Assembly: GCA_963700375.1 (NCBI GenBank)
Contig: CAVOXF010000006.1
Span: forward strand, 348,021-412,020
DNA: 64,000 nt
Direction: 5' to 3'
From: an uncultured Actinomycetota bacterium
GTDB taxonomy: Bacteria; Actinomycetota; Acidimicrobiia; Spongiisociales; UBA5794
A program made the translations under genes and the position numbers. Shown here one piece after another: positions 30,620 to 40,023 of the stretch. A model generated the notes under the pieces. It was given only the letters and a program-made list of their open reading frames with translations, searched no databases and was not told the DNA's origin. Every line of letters begins with the position of its first letter. The stretch's first letter is position 1.

Positions 30620-31246
30620 TCAGACACTGCCGAGTTGGGACCGCAGGCGCTCCTGGACGACAGCCGTTGTGAGGTCCGAACGGCTGCGCTCGATCAGCGA
30701 CCGGGCCACATCGGTCGTTCGGCGGAGGCCGGCGGTCATCCCATCGGGGTAGTCGAGCGATGTCAGCAAGTCGAGAACCGTTTCCATCGCCACGAACATC
30801 GCTTCGGCATCGCCGATCTTCCCGGCGCGCAGGAAATCGAGCATTCGCCTCCGCTGCTCGCCGATGGCCTCTCCCAAACCCTTGAGATACGGAACCGAAT
30901 GAACACCGATGTCGACCGGCAACGGAAGGGGTTGACCGGCCAGCAGAGCCGAGGTGAGCACTCCTTCTGCATACTCCTTGACCGCGTCGTAGAAGAATCC
31001 GGCGTGGTAGATGTCCTGGTGGGCGATCAACGACGCCTCGGCCTCCGCAATCAGCGCCCGGGCCTCGGCAAGCAGGACCTGCGCCTCCTCCCGCTCCCCT
31101 CGATGAAGCGCCCGGATGGCGTTGGCCGACGTGCGAATGATCAACCGGCAGTTCTTGAGCGCAAGCTCGCGTGCGGCGTTCTTCTGATCGAGGTCGGCGC
31201 GTACCGCCACTTCGATGGCGGTGAGGTCGGGTCGGGCGGCTTCCAC
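30620..31246 (-). CDS. Translin-family-like alpha-helical protein (tentative)
   Basis: It is 208 aa and all-helical. Its YLKGLGEAIGEQRRRM region resembles the translin/TRAX motif YLxGLxDLTGELxR. I cannot confirm the assignment without a profile search. Confidence 0.35.
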   Translation of the reverse strand: MEAARPDLTAIEVAVRADLDQKNAARELALKNCRLIIRTSANAIRALHRGEREEAQVLLAEARALIAEAEASLIAHQDIYHAGFFYDAVKEYAEGVLTSALLAGQPLPLPVDIGVHSVPYLKGLGEAIGEQRRRMLDFLRAGKIGDAEAMFVAMETVLDLLTSLDYPDGMTAGLRRTTDVARSLIERSRSDLTTAVVQERLRSQLGSV

Positions 31247-31250
31247 CGTC

Positions 31251-31724
31251 TCAGCCGGCTATGACCCGGACCGTCGGCGGAGCCGATTCGAAATCGAGAT
31301 CGGCTGCGGTAGTCGGTGCATCGAGAATCGATGTCTGGATCGGGACAACCGGAGCACGACGGACGGCGTTGGGCTGTTTCGCCGACAGCAGCATCGCCAC
31401 GTAGACACCGACGGCGAGGTCGACGGCGATCGTGATCCCGAGCCAGAGCATGCTCGACTGCACAACGGCAATCACAAGGGTGGCGAGCGCTGTGGCCAAC
31501 AGGACGATGAAGATGCGCTGCCGACGCCGCTCGGCATGGTGTTGGGCATACGCCGGACTCCCGACCTGCGCCGCCGTGATGCTCGCCAACTTCTCCTTCG
31601 AACGCGCGAACGCACGGGTCGTCGCCCGTGGGTTTTCACGTCGATGATCGAAGAAGGAGGGAAGCAAGAACGCTGCCCAACCGCCCGCGATCAGTATGAA
31701 AAAGATGATTTCCATCAGGTGCAC
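31251..31724 (-). CDS. Hypothetical membrane protein (2 predicted TM helices)
   Basis: It has hydrophobic segments IIFFILIAGGWAAFLL and IFIVLLATALATLVIAVV. It lies 4 nt upstream of the translin-like gene. Confidence 0.4.
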   Translation of the reverse strand: MHLMEIIFFILIAGGWAAFLLPSFFDHRRENPRATTRAFARSKEKLASITAAQVGSPAYAQHHAERRRQRIFIVLLATALATLVIAVVQSSMLWLGITIAVDLAVGVYVAMLLSAKQPNAVRRAPVVPIQTSILDAPTTAADLDFESAPPTVRVIAG

Positions 31725-31789
31725 TCCGCCGTTGCGCCGAGCGTAGGCTCGTGCCGCGCGGCCTCAAAGCACTGTTGCTGCCCGACCAC

Positions 31790-32278
31790 TCACACATTGT
31801 GGTCCGAAGTACCACGTACTAGCAACTCAATTCCGTGCGAGAGCGCCGGCAGGACCACCGCAAGCGACTCCTGAACGCCCTTGACCGAACCTGGAAGATT
31901 GACGATGAGCGTGGCCCCGACCGTCCCTGCGACCCCTCTCGACAGCATGCCATGCGGGTTTTCCCCGAAGGTCGCGGAGCGCATCGCCTCGGCGAGGCCG
32001 GGTGCCTCGCGCTCGAGAACCGCCTTCGTCCCCTCGGGCGTCAGGTCGCGTGGTGTGAGCCCCGTGCCACCGGTCGTCAGGATCAGGTCGACGGTCCCGG
32101 CGATCTCCGACAGCGTGGTTGCGACCGACTCGACGCCGTCGGGAATCACCCGATACTCGAGCACCTCGAGGCCGATCGATTCGAGCAGAGCGATGGCCGC
32201 AGGTCCCGACCGGTCCTCCGCAGACCCTTGCGAAACGCGGTCGGAAACCGTCACGACCGCGGCGGTTCGCTCACTCAC
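31790..32278 (-). CDS. mogA: Molybdenum cofactor biosynthesis protein MogA/MoaB
   Basis: It has the signature LILTTGGTGLTPRDLTPE. A GTG start is chosen because it overlaps the moaC stop (GTGAGTGA). Confidence 0.8.
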   Translation of the reverse strand: MSERTAAVVTVSDRVSQGSAEDRSGPAAIALLESIGLEVLEYRVIPDGVESVATTLSEIAGTVDLILTTGGTGLTPRDLTPEGTKAVLEREAPGLAEAMRSATFGENPHGMLSRGVAGTVGATLIVNLPGSVKGVQESLAVVLPALSHGIELLVRGTSDHNV

Positions 32279-32744
32279 GGCGCCACTCCCCCGACCGCCC
32301 GCCGGACTTCTCGAGGAGGCGAACCGATCCAATCTGTGATCCCCGGTCGACACCCTTGATCATGTCGTAGAGCGCCACGGCTCCGACTGCGGCGCCGGTC
32401 ATGGCCTCCATCTCAACACCCGTCTTGGCGGTCACGGTCGCGGTGACCGTGATCACGGCACCGTCGTGCGCCGGTTCGATCGCAACCGAGACCGACTCGA
32501 TCGGCAACGGATGACACAAGGGAACGAGCGCTGAGGTCTGCTTCGCCCCTTGGATGGCTGCGATCCGCACGGTCGCAACCGCGTCGCCTTTCGGAAGGTC
32601 ATCAGCAAACAATCTCTCCCTGGTCGACGCAGCCATCAACACGGTCGCTTCGGCCACGGCTCGGCGCGCGGTCGGCGTCTTCTCCCCGACATCGACCATC
32701 CGGACGTTCCCCGCCTCGTCTATGTGGGTGAGTTCATCGGTCAC
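32271..32744 (-). CDS. moaC: Cyclic pyranopterin monophosphate synthase MoaC
   Basis: It is 157 aa with MoaC conserved regions (MVDVGEKTPT..., ALVPLCHPLPI). Confidence 0.9.
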   Translation of the reverse strand: MTDELTHIDEAGNVRMVDVGEKTPTARRAVAEATVLMAASTRERLFADDLPKGDAVATVRIAAIQGAKQTSALVPLCHPLPIESVSVAIEPAHDGAVITVTATVTAKTGVEMEAMTGAAVGAVALYDMIKGVDRGSQIGSVRLLEKSGGRSGEWRRE

Positions 32745-33978
32745 CGAGTGCCTCCTTGCGGGTCCGCATTTCCGGCCAGTGAATCATCTCGAGCTCCACG
32801 CTACCGCCGGGCTCGACGCGTCCGACACCTACCGGCACCACGGCGAGGGCATCGGCAAAGGCCAGCGCCGACAGGACGTTCGACGACTGGCCTCCGGACA
32901 GGCGGGCGTGCCACACCCCGTCGCTGTCACGTTCGGTGCTGACCCGGACGAACACATTCTTCTCCGGGTTCGTATCGATCCCCGGATCGAGAACGCCCGC
33001 TACCCGATCCCGGAAGACCCGCTCGGCCCCCATCATGGTGAGGAGCGCCGGCCGCATGAACTGCTCGAACGAGACGAACACGGAGACCGGGTTGCCGGGA
33101 AGTCCGAAAAAGGGAATGCCGTCGACGGTGCCAAACCCGAACGGCTTGCCCGGCTGTATCGCGATCTTCCAGAAGTCAACCGTGCCGCGTTCACGGAGAG
33201 TCAGCTTCACCACGTCGTATGCCCCCATCGACACGCCACCGCTCGTCACCACCACATCGGCGTCGTGGACCGCGTCGTCGAGCGCGGCTTCGAAAGACCC
33301 CGGCGTGTCGGTGACGATGCCGTAGTCCCGCACGTCCGCGCCGAGTTCGTGGAGGAGTCCATGCAGCAGGGTGCGGTTGGAATCGCGGATCGCACCCGGT
33401 TGCAGGATCTGGGTCGACGGCGGAACCAACTCGTCCCCGGTCGACATGACGGCGACGATAGGCCGGTGCCGAACGAAGGGACGGACGCCCATCGATGCCA
33501 TGACCGAGGCGTGGGGCGCCCGCAGCCGCAGCCCGGCATTGAAGACCAGGGTTCCGGCCCGCACGCTTCCACCGGTCGGACGTATGTGGTCGCCGGCCGC
33601 CGCCGCCTCGAGGATCCGGACCCGGTCGTCGCCGACCGGCACGGTCGCCTCGACCGGCACGATGGCATCGGCCCCAACGGGGATCGGAGCACCGGTCATG
33701 ACCCGTGCTGCCGTACCGGGGGTGACTTCGGCGGTTGGGATCGACCCCGCGGCAACGTCGTCGACGACGATGAGGTCAGCGGGCGGTTGGGAGACGTCGG
33801 CGGACAGGACAGCGAAGCCGTCCATCGCCGAGTTCTCAAAACCGGGAAGGTCTTCGGGAGCGATGACGGCGCCGGCGAGGACGGCGCCGGCGGCTTCCTC
33901 AAAGTCGACCTCGGCCGGCACGAGCAGCGGGACGGAATCCAGAACCTCGGCCTGCATCTCTGCGAGCGGACGCATCAT
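32734..33978 (-). CDS. moeA: Molybdopterin molybdenumtransferase MoeA
   Basis: It has MoeA N- and C-terminal domains (SGGVSMGAYD, GLPGNPVS). The start is at MMRPLAEMQ and overlaps the plsY stop with ATGA. Confidence 0.85.
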   Translation of the reverse strand: MMRPLAEMQAEVLDSVPLLVPAEVDFEEAAGAVLAGAVIAPEDLPGFENSAMDGFAVLSADVSQPPADLIVVDDVAAGSIPTAEVTPGTAARVMTGAPIPVGADAIVPVEATVPVGDDRVRILEAAAAGDHIRPTGGSVRAGTLVFNAGLRLRAPHASVMASMGVRPFVRHRPIVAVMSTGDELVPPSTQILQPGAIRDSNRTLLHGLLHELGADVRDYGIVTDTPGSFEAALDDAVHDADVVVTSGGVSMGAYDVVKLTLRERGTVDFWKIAIQPGKPFGFGTVDGIPFFGLPGNPVSVFVSFEQFMRPALLTMMGAERVFRDRVAGVLDPGIDTNPEKNVFVRVSTERDSDGVWHARLSGGQSSNVLSALAFADALAVVPVGVGRVEPGGSVELEMIHWPEMRTRKEALGDR

Positions 33979-34577
33979 CCCGATACCGTTCGCTCGGAGC
34001 CGGCCGCCAGGCGCTTGATGTTCGGCACGTGCCGGGCGATCACCAGCACCGTGATGGCACCGGCCCAGGCGAGCGCCCAGCCTCGATAGCCGGAGATCGC
34101 GAGACCGGGGACGTACAGCACCATGGCACCGAGCGAGGCGATCGACGCCACCTTGAAGACGAGCGTTACGACAAGCCACGCGACGGCAAGGATCAGGCCA
34201 AACAGCGGGGCGAGGTAGACGGCGGCGCCGATAGCGGTGGCAACCCCCTTCCCCCCTCGGAAGCGGTGCCAGATCGGTGCGATGTGGCCGAGCACGGCGG
34301 CAAATGCGCACGCAACGGCAAGCGTCTCCGGTGTGACCGGGCCGCTGACCGATCCGGCCCACATGGATCCGATCGCTGCCGCCGCCGCACCCTTGACGGC
34401 GTCGCCGAGCAGCACCAGGGCGGCCGGGCCCTTGCCGAGGGAGCGCAGAACGTTTGAGGTGCCGGGGTTCCCGCTGCCGACGGTGTAGATGTCGACGCCG
34501 AGGAGCTTCGGCACGATGACCCCGAAGTCGATCGAGCCGATGAGATATGCGATCGCGAGGGGTATCAGAACGTCCAC
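33975..34577 (-). CDS. plsY: Glycerol-3-phosphate acyltransferase PlsY
   Basis: It has AYLIGSIDFG and GSGNPGTSN motifs. The start is probably GTG (VDVLIPL). The long N-terminal ORF extension is rejected. Confidence 0.8.
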   Translation of the reverse strand: MDVLIPLAIAYLIGSIDFGVIVPKLLGVDIYTVGSGNPGTSNVLRSLGKGPAALVLLGDAVKGAAAAAIGSMWAGSVSGPVTPETLAVACAFAAVLGHIAPIWHRFRGGKGVATAIGAAVYLAPLFGLILAVAWLVVTLVFKVASIASLGAMVLYVPGLAISGYRGWALAWAGAITVLVIARHVPNIKRLAAGSERTVSG

Positions 34578-34727
34578 CAGAGGAAGTTTATGCGGCCAAT
34601 GGAGCGAAGCTGCTTCCGCATTGCGCTCCAACGCGCAACAATGGGACCGACCCCTTCTCGCGGACAACCGAACGCAGGCCCCCCACCATTCCCCCTGCTT
34701 GCGTAAGGCGACCGCGGGGAGGGGTCG

Positions 34728-35294
34728 TTGATCGAACACCTTCCATCGCCCGTGCTCGGTCGATACCTTCAACGGGTGTTCTGGCTGATACGCCCTCCCT
34801 ACCTCCGATGGGTGGCCGCAGCAGCGGTCGTGCTCGCCGCTCTTCTGTGGGATCTCAAGGGCCGTGCCGAGTCTCCCTATCCGTTCGCCGCCAGTGAGAT
34901 CGCCGCCGGGACACCGATCACGGATTCAATGGTCGAGTGGCGCAACCTGCCTGACGGAGCCATGGCACTCCCTGACCTCAGCCGCCCCGTTGCGGCGAGA
35001 GACCTTCCGGCCGGTGAGCCGATCGTGCCTTCCGCCGTGTCGGAGACGACCGTGATACCTGACGGGTGGTGGTCCGTTCCCGTGCCGCTGTCGGCGGTGG
35101 CCGTCGCCGGGACCCCCGTACGTCTCATCGACACCGCATCAGGGATCGAGTCGGACGGCATCGTGGTCGCGGCCGGCACCGACGACCTGATGTCAATCGA
35201 CACATCGGGTATGGTCGCCGTCCCGCCGGAGACTGCCACCGCCGTCGCGATCGCGGCGAGAGAAGGATCCCTGGTCGTGCTCCTTGTGCCATGA
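34728..35294 (+). CDS. SAF-domain protein (CpaB/RcpC-like), N-terminal TM anchor
   Basis: It has a TM segment followed by IAAGTPITDSMVEWRNLP, a SAF-type beta region. It lies 21 nt upstream of uppP. Confidence 0.55.
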   Translation: MIEHLPSPVLGRYLQRVFWLIRPPYLRWVAAAAVVLAALLWDLKGRAESPYPFAASEIAAGTPITDSMVEWRNLPDGAMALPDLSRPVAARDLPAGEPIVPSAVSETTVIPDGWWSVPVPLSAVAVAGTPVRLIDTASGIESDGIVVAAGTDDLMSIDTSGMVAVPPETATAVAIAAREGSLVVLLVP

Positions 35295-35315
35295 CAGTCT
35301 CCTAGTCTCACGGCC

Positions 35316-36074
35316 ATGCTGAACGCCATCCTGTGGGGAGCGATCCAGGGCCTCACCGAATTCCTCCCGATCTCATCGAGCGGACACCTCGTGCTGATCC
35401 CGGCCCTGTTGGGGCGCGACGGGCCCGATCTCGCAACATCGGCGATGCTCCACCTCGGGACGCTGGTCGCCGTTCTCGTCTACTTCCGCACGGACCTCGC
35501 CCGCATGGCCCGGTTCGACCGTGCCGGCCGAAGAACGATCACCATCATCGCGATCGGGACGATCCCGGCCGTCATCCTCGGCCTCGCGTTCGAAAGCAAA
35601 CTCGACGAACTCACCGAACGGCCGACGGTGGTGGCGGCGATGCTGATCCTCACCGGGGTCATCCTCATGGCGACGATGCTGCTCCGCCCTGGAGACAAGC
35701 CCATCGAAGAACTCAGCCCGACCGACTCCGCGATCATCGGCTTCGCTCAGTCGTTCGCCCTGATCCCGGGGATCTCTCGTTCCGGAATGACGATCTCTGG
35801 CGGCCTGGTGCGGGGGATGTCGAGAGTCGACGCAGCCCGGTTCGCGTTCCTCCTCGGCATTCCGGTGATCGCCGGTGCCGGCCTCCTCTCCGTGGCGAAG
35901 GCCATCTCCGACGGAGAGGGCATCACGGCGTCCACCCTGGCCGGCATGGCGGTCGCCGCGATCACGGGCTACTGGGCGATCGCGTTCCTTCTCCGCGTGA
36001 TAGCCAAGGCGGGACTGGCCCCGTTCGGGATCTACTGCATCGCATTCGGGGTGGTGGCGCTGGTGCTTCTCTAG
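35316..36074 (+). CDS. uppP: Undecaprenyl-diphosphate phosphatase
   Basis: It is a BacA/UppP with N-terminus MLNAILWGAIQGLTEFLPISSSGHL and multiple TM helices. Confidence 0.9.
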   Translation: MLNAILWGAIQGLTEFLPISSSGHLVLIPALLGRDGPDLATSAMLHLGTLVAVLVYFRTDLARMARFDRAGRRTITIIAIGTIPAVILGLAFESKLDELTERPTVVAAMLILTGVILMATMLLRPGDKPIEELSPTDSAIIGFAQSFALIPGISRSGMTISGGLVRGMSRVDAARFAFLLGIPVIAGAGLLSVAKAISDGEGITASTLAGMAVAAITGYWAIAFLLRVIAKAGLAPFGIYCIAFGVVALVLL

Positions 36075-36189
36075 GTCGCCAGTTGCCAGTCGCCAGTCGC
36101 CGGAAGGACCAGATGCCGGTACATGATCGACTGAGGCGCCGCTCGAGCAGAACGACGCAGCAGACGGCGTATCGCTCCCGGTGACTGGA

Positions 36190-36220
36190 GACCGGGGACT
36201 GCCGACCGGGGACTGCCGAC
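36190..36220. repeat. Short tandem repeat (gaccggggactgcc x2.2) and nearby gccagt hexamer repeats (36066-36093) in a convergent intergenic region
   Basis: Both repeats are visible directly in the sequence. Confidence 0.5.
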
Positions 36221-36222
36221 TC

Positions 36223-37857
36223 TCAACCCCCGTACGCGCTGCTCATTCTCAGTTGTTCAGCGATGTGCACGTTGACGAGGGCGGGGACACCACTCTCCTG
36301 GGCCCGTTCGAGCGCAGGCCGGAGCTGTGCGGCGTCCTGCACGAACTCGCCGTAGCCGCCGAGCCCTTCGACCACGAGGTCGTAGCGCCGGACTCCGAGA
36401 TCTGAAGCGACGAGGCGGTCGGGATACAGCATCCGATGGATCGACTTGATGTTGTTCCATGCGCCGTCGTTCCCGACGACGCCGACCACCGGCATCCCGT
36501 GACGAACCAGCGAATCGAACTCCATCCCGTTGAACCCGAACGATCCGTCGCCGAACACGATGCCCACTCGTGTATCGGGTTCGACGGCCTTCGCCGCGAG
36601 GGCGAAAGGCGCTCCAATGCCGAGACAACCGAACGGGCCGGGGTCGAGGAGGCCACCGGGCCGACTCGTCCGAAGCCACTTGGCGGTGGTCGAAACGATG
36701 TCGCCACCATCGGCAGCGACGATGGTGTCGTCACCGAAGAAGTCGGCGACCTCACGCGCAAACCGTTCGGCATGCACCGGGCCACCACCGAGCGCCGCCA
36801 GTTCGTCTGCAACCGCCTGCTTCATCCGCTCGATGCCTGCGATCTGCTCGACCCAGGCGTCGCGTCCTGTGCCCTCGACGCGGTCCGCGAGCTGAGCGGC
36901 CACGGCGCCCGGATCGGCGACCACACCGATCGACGCGGCCCGGTTCCATCCGACCCGGGATGGCTCGGCGTCGACCTGGATCACGGCGGCGTTCGGAGCG
37001 ACCTGCTTCCCGAATCCGGTCCGAAAGTCCCAGTCAACCCCGAGAGCCAGGACCACATCGGCCGAGCGGAGGGCATCTGATCGAGTTCGATTACCGAGGA
37101 GCGGATGATCCCAACGCAGCGACCCGCGAGCGAGGCTGTTGAGGTAGACGGGGGCCTGCATCGCGTCGACGAGTCCGTTGATGGCCCCGATCGGATCACT
37201 GAAACGACTCCAGCGGTAGCCGGTGCCGGCAAACACCACAGGCCGCTTGGCGCGATTGAGTCGATCGACGACTTCCGTGAGCGTGTCATCGTCGAAGGCG
37301 GCCGGCCGGTCCGACCGGTAGCCGGACGGCCATCCAATTGAGTCCTCCTCGACCATCCCGGCCTGAACATCCCAGGGGATGTCGAGGAACACCGGGCCAC
37401 CGCGGCCCGCGAACGCATACCGGGCGGCGGTCGCGATGTACTCAGGTAGCCGGGCGGTCTCGTGCGCGGTGCCCGCCCACTTGGTGATCGAGTGGAACAT
37501 CCTCGGGTGGTCCATCTCCTGTAGGCCGCCGCGCAAGTCCTCCGTTGTGAGGTGCCTCCCACCGATGAGCAGCACCGGACTGTTCGCGAACCAGGCGTTC
37601 GCTATCCCGGTGATCGTATCGGTGACGCCGGGGCCGGCTGTTGAGAGAACGACCCCGAGGCGGCCGGTCAGCCGTGCGTACGCGTCGGCCGCATGGGCTG
37701 CGGCCTGCTCGTGCCGCACGTCGACGACGCGGATCCCCTCGTCGACGCACCCGTCGATGATCGGAAGGATGTGACCACCGGTCAGGACGAATACGGCGTC
37801 GACGCCCTCCGCCCGCAGCGCCCTCGCGATCGCCCGTCCGCCGTGGATCTTCGCCAT
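36223..37857 (-). CDS. Thiamine pyrophosphate-dependent enzyme (acetolactate synthase large-subunit-like)
   Basis: It has TPP_enzyme N, M and C regions (GPGVTDTITGIANA; GDGSFGFN...NDGAWNNI). The start is at MAKIHGG, giving about 544 aa. Confidence 0.8.
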   Translation of the reverse strand: MAKIHGGRAIARALRAEGVDAVFVLTGGHILPIIDGCVDEGIRVVDVRHEQAAAHAADAYARLTGRLGVVLSTAGPGVTDTITGIANAWFANSPVLLIGGRHLTTEDLRGGLQEMDHPRMFHSITKWAGTAHETARLPEYIATAARYAFAGRGGPVFLDIPWDVQAGMVEEDSIGWPSGYRSDRPAAFDDDTLTEVVDRLNRAKRPVVFAGTGYRWSRFSDPIGAINGLVDAMQAPVYLNSLARGSLRWDHPLLGNRTRSDALRSADVVLALGVDWDFRTGFGKQVAPNAAVIQVDAEPSRVGWNRAASIGVVADPGAVAAQLADRVEGTGRDAWVEQIAGIERMKQAVADELAALGGGPVHAERFAREVADFFGDDTIVAADGGDIVSTTAKWLRTSRPGGLLDPGPFGCLGIGAPFALAAKAVEPDTRVGIVFGDGSFGFNGMEFDSLVRHGMPVVGVVGNDGAWNNIKSIHRMLYPDRLVASDLGVRRYDLVVEGLGGYGEFVQDAAQLRPALERAQESGVPALVNVHIAEQLRMSSAYGG

Positions 37858-37995
37858 CGTGGTCTCCCAGGTCGAGTTCGGCCCATTCTGGTCGCTACGG
37901 TTGAGCCGCGGACGGAGACTCCGGACGATTAGTTCGTGGGAGCGGTTTACTTCCCGCTCCCCGTCCGCGAATGCGCGGACACCGGAGAGGACACG

Positions 37996-38415
37996 ATGTT
38001 CAAGCGCAAGACCAAAGCCCGCAAGATCCACCGCCTCAACGAACTGCAGCCGATGGTTGCATCGGGGCGCCCGGTTCTGATCAACTTCTTCCAGGTCGGC
38101 TGCGCTCCGTGTCAGGTGATGGACGGAATCGTCAACGAACTCGCCCAGGAGTATGGGGAGACGGCGCACGTCGTGAAGGCCGACATCGGTCGCGTGCCCG
38201 GCGCCATCGAGACCTACAAGATCCGCTCGACCCCCACCACGGTCCTGATCGCCCGGCCTCCCGACAAGACATCGAAGAGGGCCCAGAGGAAGACCCAGGG
38301 CACCAAGAATCGAACAGCACGGCCGACGCAGCGCTGGCGCGCCTCGGGCCTCGTCAAGAAGGATCAACTCCGGCGCGTGCTCGAGTCCAATGGCGCCACC
38401 CGCCTCGAGGCATAG
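37996..38415 (+). CDS. Thioredoxin-like protein (CxxC = CAPC) with a basic insertion before the C-terminal helix
   Basis: It has PVLINFFQVGCAPCQ and IRSTPTTVLI regions. A 25-aa K/R-rich insert sits between the last strand and the final helix. Confidence 0.55.
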   Translation: MFKRKTKARKIHRLNELQPMVASGRPVLINFFQVGCAPCQVMDGIVNELAQEYGETAHVVKADIGRVPGAIETYKIRSTPTTVLIARPPDKTSKRAQRKTQGTKNRTARPTQRWRASGLVKKDQLRRVLESNGATRLEA

Positions 38416-38442
38416 GCAGGCGGAACGACCGGCGACCGGACC

Positions 38443-39393
38443 CTACGCGTGGCCGGGTGCCTGCGGGATCGCGGCGAACGCCTGCTGCCGGGCCTCGATG
38501 ATCTCGTACCCGATCTGCTCAATGCTGTCCATGAGCCAGAGATAGGCGGCCTTTCCCGGCCGGAAGTCGGCTTCGGCCATCCCCTGGATCCGCCCCTGCT
38601 CCTGCAACTGCTTGACTCGGCGATGGTTGTCGACGGGTTCGAGGGTGTAGACGCCGAGCGTCTTGCCACCGTTCTGGTTCAGGATCGAGAAGCACGGCAC
38701 GTCTGAGGGGCCGTCGGCAATGTAGATCATGTGCCGCAGTGGAACCCTCCGTTCCTCTTCTCCGATTCTGGCGTTGACGTCGACCCCCGAGTTCCGGTTG
38801 ATGCCCTTGTTGATCTCGAAGAGAGCTCGGGTCTTGGCGGTGTTGTCGATCGCGTAGCCGAGGCGGGTGACCGGAGCGGAAGCCGAAGCCACCGGAAGCT
38901 GATCGAGATAGCCGGCCGGCGCCGGAGTCTCGATGAGGGTATTGGCCCAGATGCCGTCGACGTGATCGGCGAAGACACTGCCTTCGATCATCGGCAGGAT
39001 CCCGGTGGACACGATGTAGTGCTCAACGGTGATCCCCTGGGAGGCGAACTCCGGAATGTCAGCGACGCGCCGGCGGGTCTCTTTGAGGAAGTCCGGCATG
39101 CCGGGGGCGGGAAGGAGATCTGCGCCGAGTTCGAAGAGCCGTTCGTTCGTGAGGCCCTTGAAGATGCCCTCGCGAACGTAGGTGAGGAGATGGCCGAGAT
39201 ACGCGATGTCCCGCTGGATGCGAATCCCCTGTCGACCGTAGTACTCGACGAGACCGTCGACTTCGGCCCAGAAGACGGCCGGATCCACGTCGTACGCGTC
39301 GAAGATGGGGTCCTGCATGTTCCCCGGGATGAGCGTGCGGTCGAAATCCCAGACCAGGGCGATCACGGTCTGGGTGTAGAGGGGAACCGGCAT
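38443..39393 (-). CDS. HAD-superfamily hydrolase
   Basis: It has motif I LVWDFDRTLI and motif IV IYIADGPSD. Confidence 0.65.
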   Translation of the reverse strand: MPVPLYTQTVIALVWDFDRTLIPGNMQDPIFDAYDVDPAVFWAEVDGLVEYYGRQGIRIQRDIAYLGHLLTYVREGIFKGLTNERLFELGADLLPAPGMPDFLKETRRRVADIPEFASQGITVEHYIVSTGILPMIEGSVFADHVDGIWANTLIETPAPAGYLDQLPVASASAPVTRLGYAIDNTAKTRALFEINKGINRNSGVDVNARIGEEERRVPLRHMIYIADGPSDVPCFSILNQNGGKTLGVYTLEPVDNHRRVKQLQEQGRIQGMAEADFRPGKAAYLWLMDSIEQIGYEIIEARQQAFAAIPQAPGHA

Positions 39394-39435
39394 GATGGAG
39401 AGGTTAGATGCTCCGCCGACGACGGTGCGATCCCA

Positions 39436-39822
39436 TCAGGGCGTCTCGAAAGCCCCGAACACAACCGAGTCCTCGACCGTCCACCATCCCTGCAGCTTGC
39501 ACGGGGTGCCGCGGAGCCCGTCATGGGCTTCGCCGAGGCGGTCGAGGGAGACGAGCACGATCGTGGAGAACCCCTTCGCGTTCAGCGCCCACGTGGCCGA
39601 GGCGATGGCAGCGGCATCGACGTCGGCGTCGAGGACGATCTCAATCGCTCGGTCGGCCGACCCGACGACGGCACGGACTGCTCCAAGATCGGAGGGAACC
39701 GAGAGAAGCTCGGCAAGCGGCACCTCGGTGGCGAGATCACAGCGTCTGGCGTACACGTCGAGTGTCGCCTCCATCACGCGATCAACATCCGTGATCGCCG
39801 ATTCTCGTACTGCTACCGCCAT
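39436..39822 (-). CDS. Hypothetical protein (128 aa)
   Basis: It is an ORF with protein-like composition, co-directional with and 42 nt upstream of the HAD gene. No family was recognised. Confidence 0.35.
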   Translation of the reverse strand: MAVAVRESAITDVDRVMEATLDVYARRCDLATEVPLAELLSVPSDLGAVRAVVGSADRAIEIVLDADVDAAAIASATWALNAKGFSTIVLVSLDRLGEAHDGLRGTPCKLQGWWTVEDSVVFGAFETP

Positions 39823-40023
39823 AATCCCCTCCGTGTCTTACACCAGTGTAATTCGCCGGAACCCTTGAGGCAAAAGGAATCCAACGTCGACGGCACGGCG
39901 GTGCGTCGGGAGCAGGGCCGGCACTGAGTGCCGGCAACGGGGATCGAACCACACGCGCTCCCGTCTCGAGACCGCTTCACGGGCGTTGCGAGGCTATCGT
40001 CTCGACCCGTCAAGGAGCAGCAG

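Noticed and set aside
32745-34727. Moco or other riboswitch upstream of the mogA-moaC-moeA-plsY operon, and a TPP riboswitch near yjbQ
   Set aside because: I found no conserved riboswitch core elements by eye. The spacers are short or occupied by coding sequence.
36066-36220. Possible CRISPR array
   Set aside because: There are only 2-4 very short irregular tandem units, with no repeat-spacer periodicity and no cas genes anywhere in the window.
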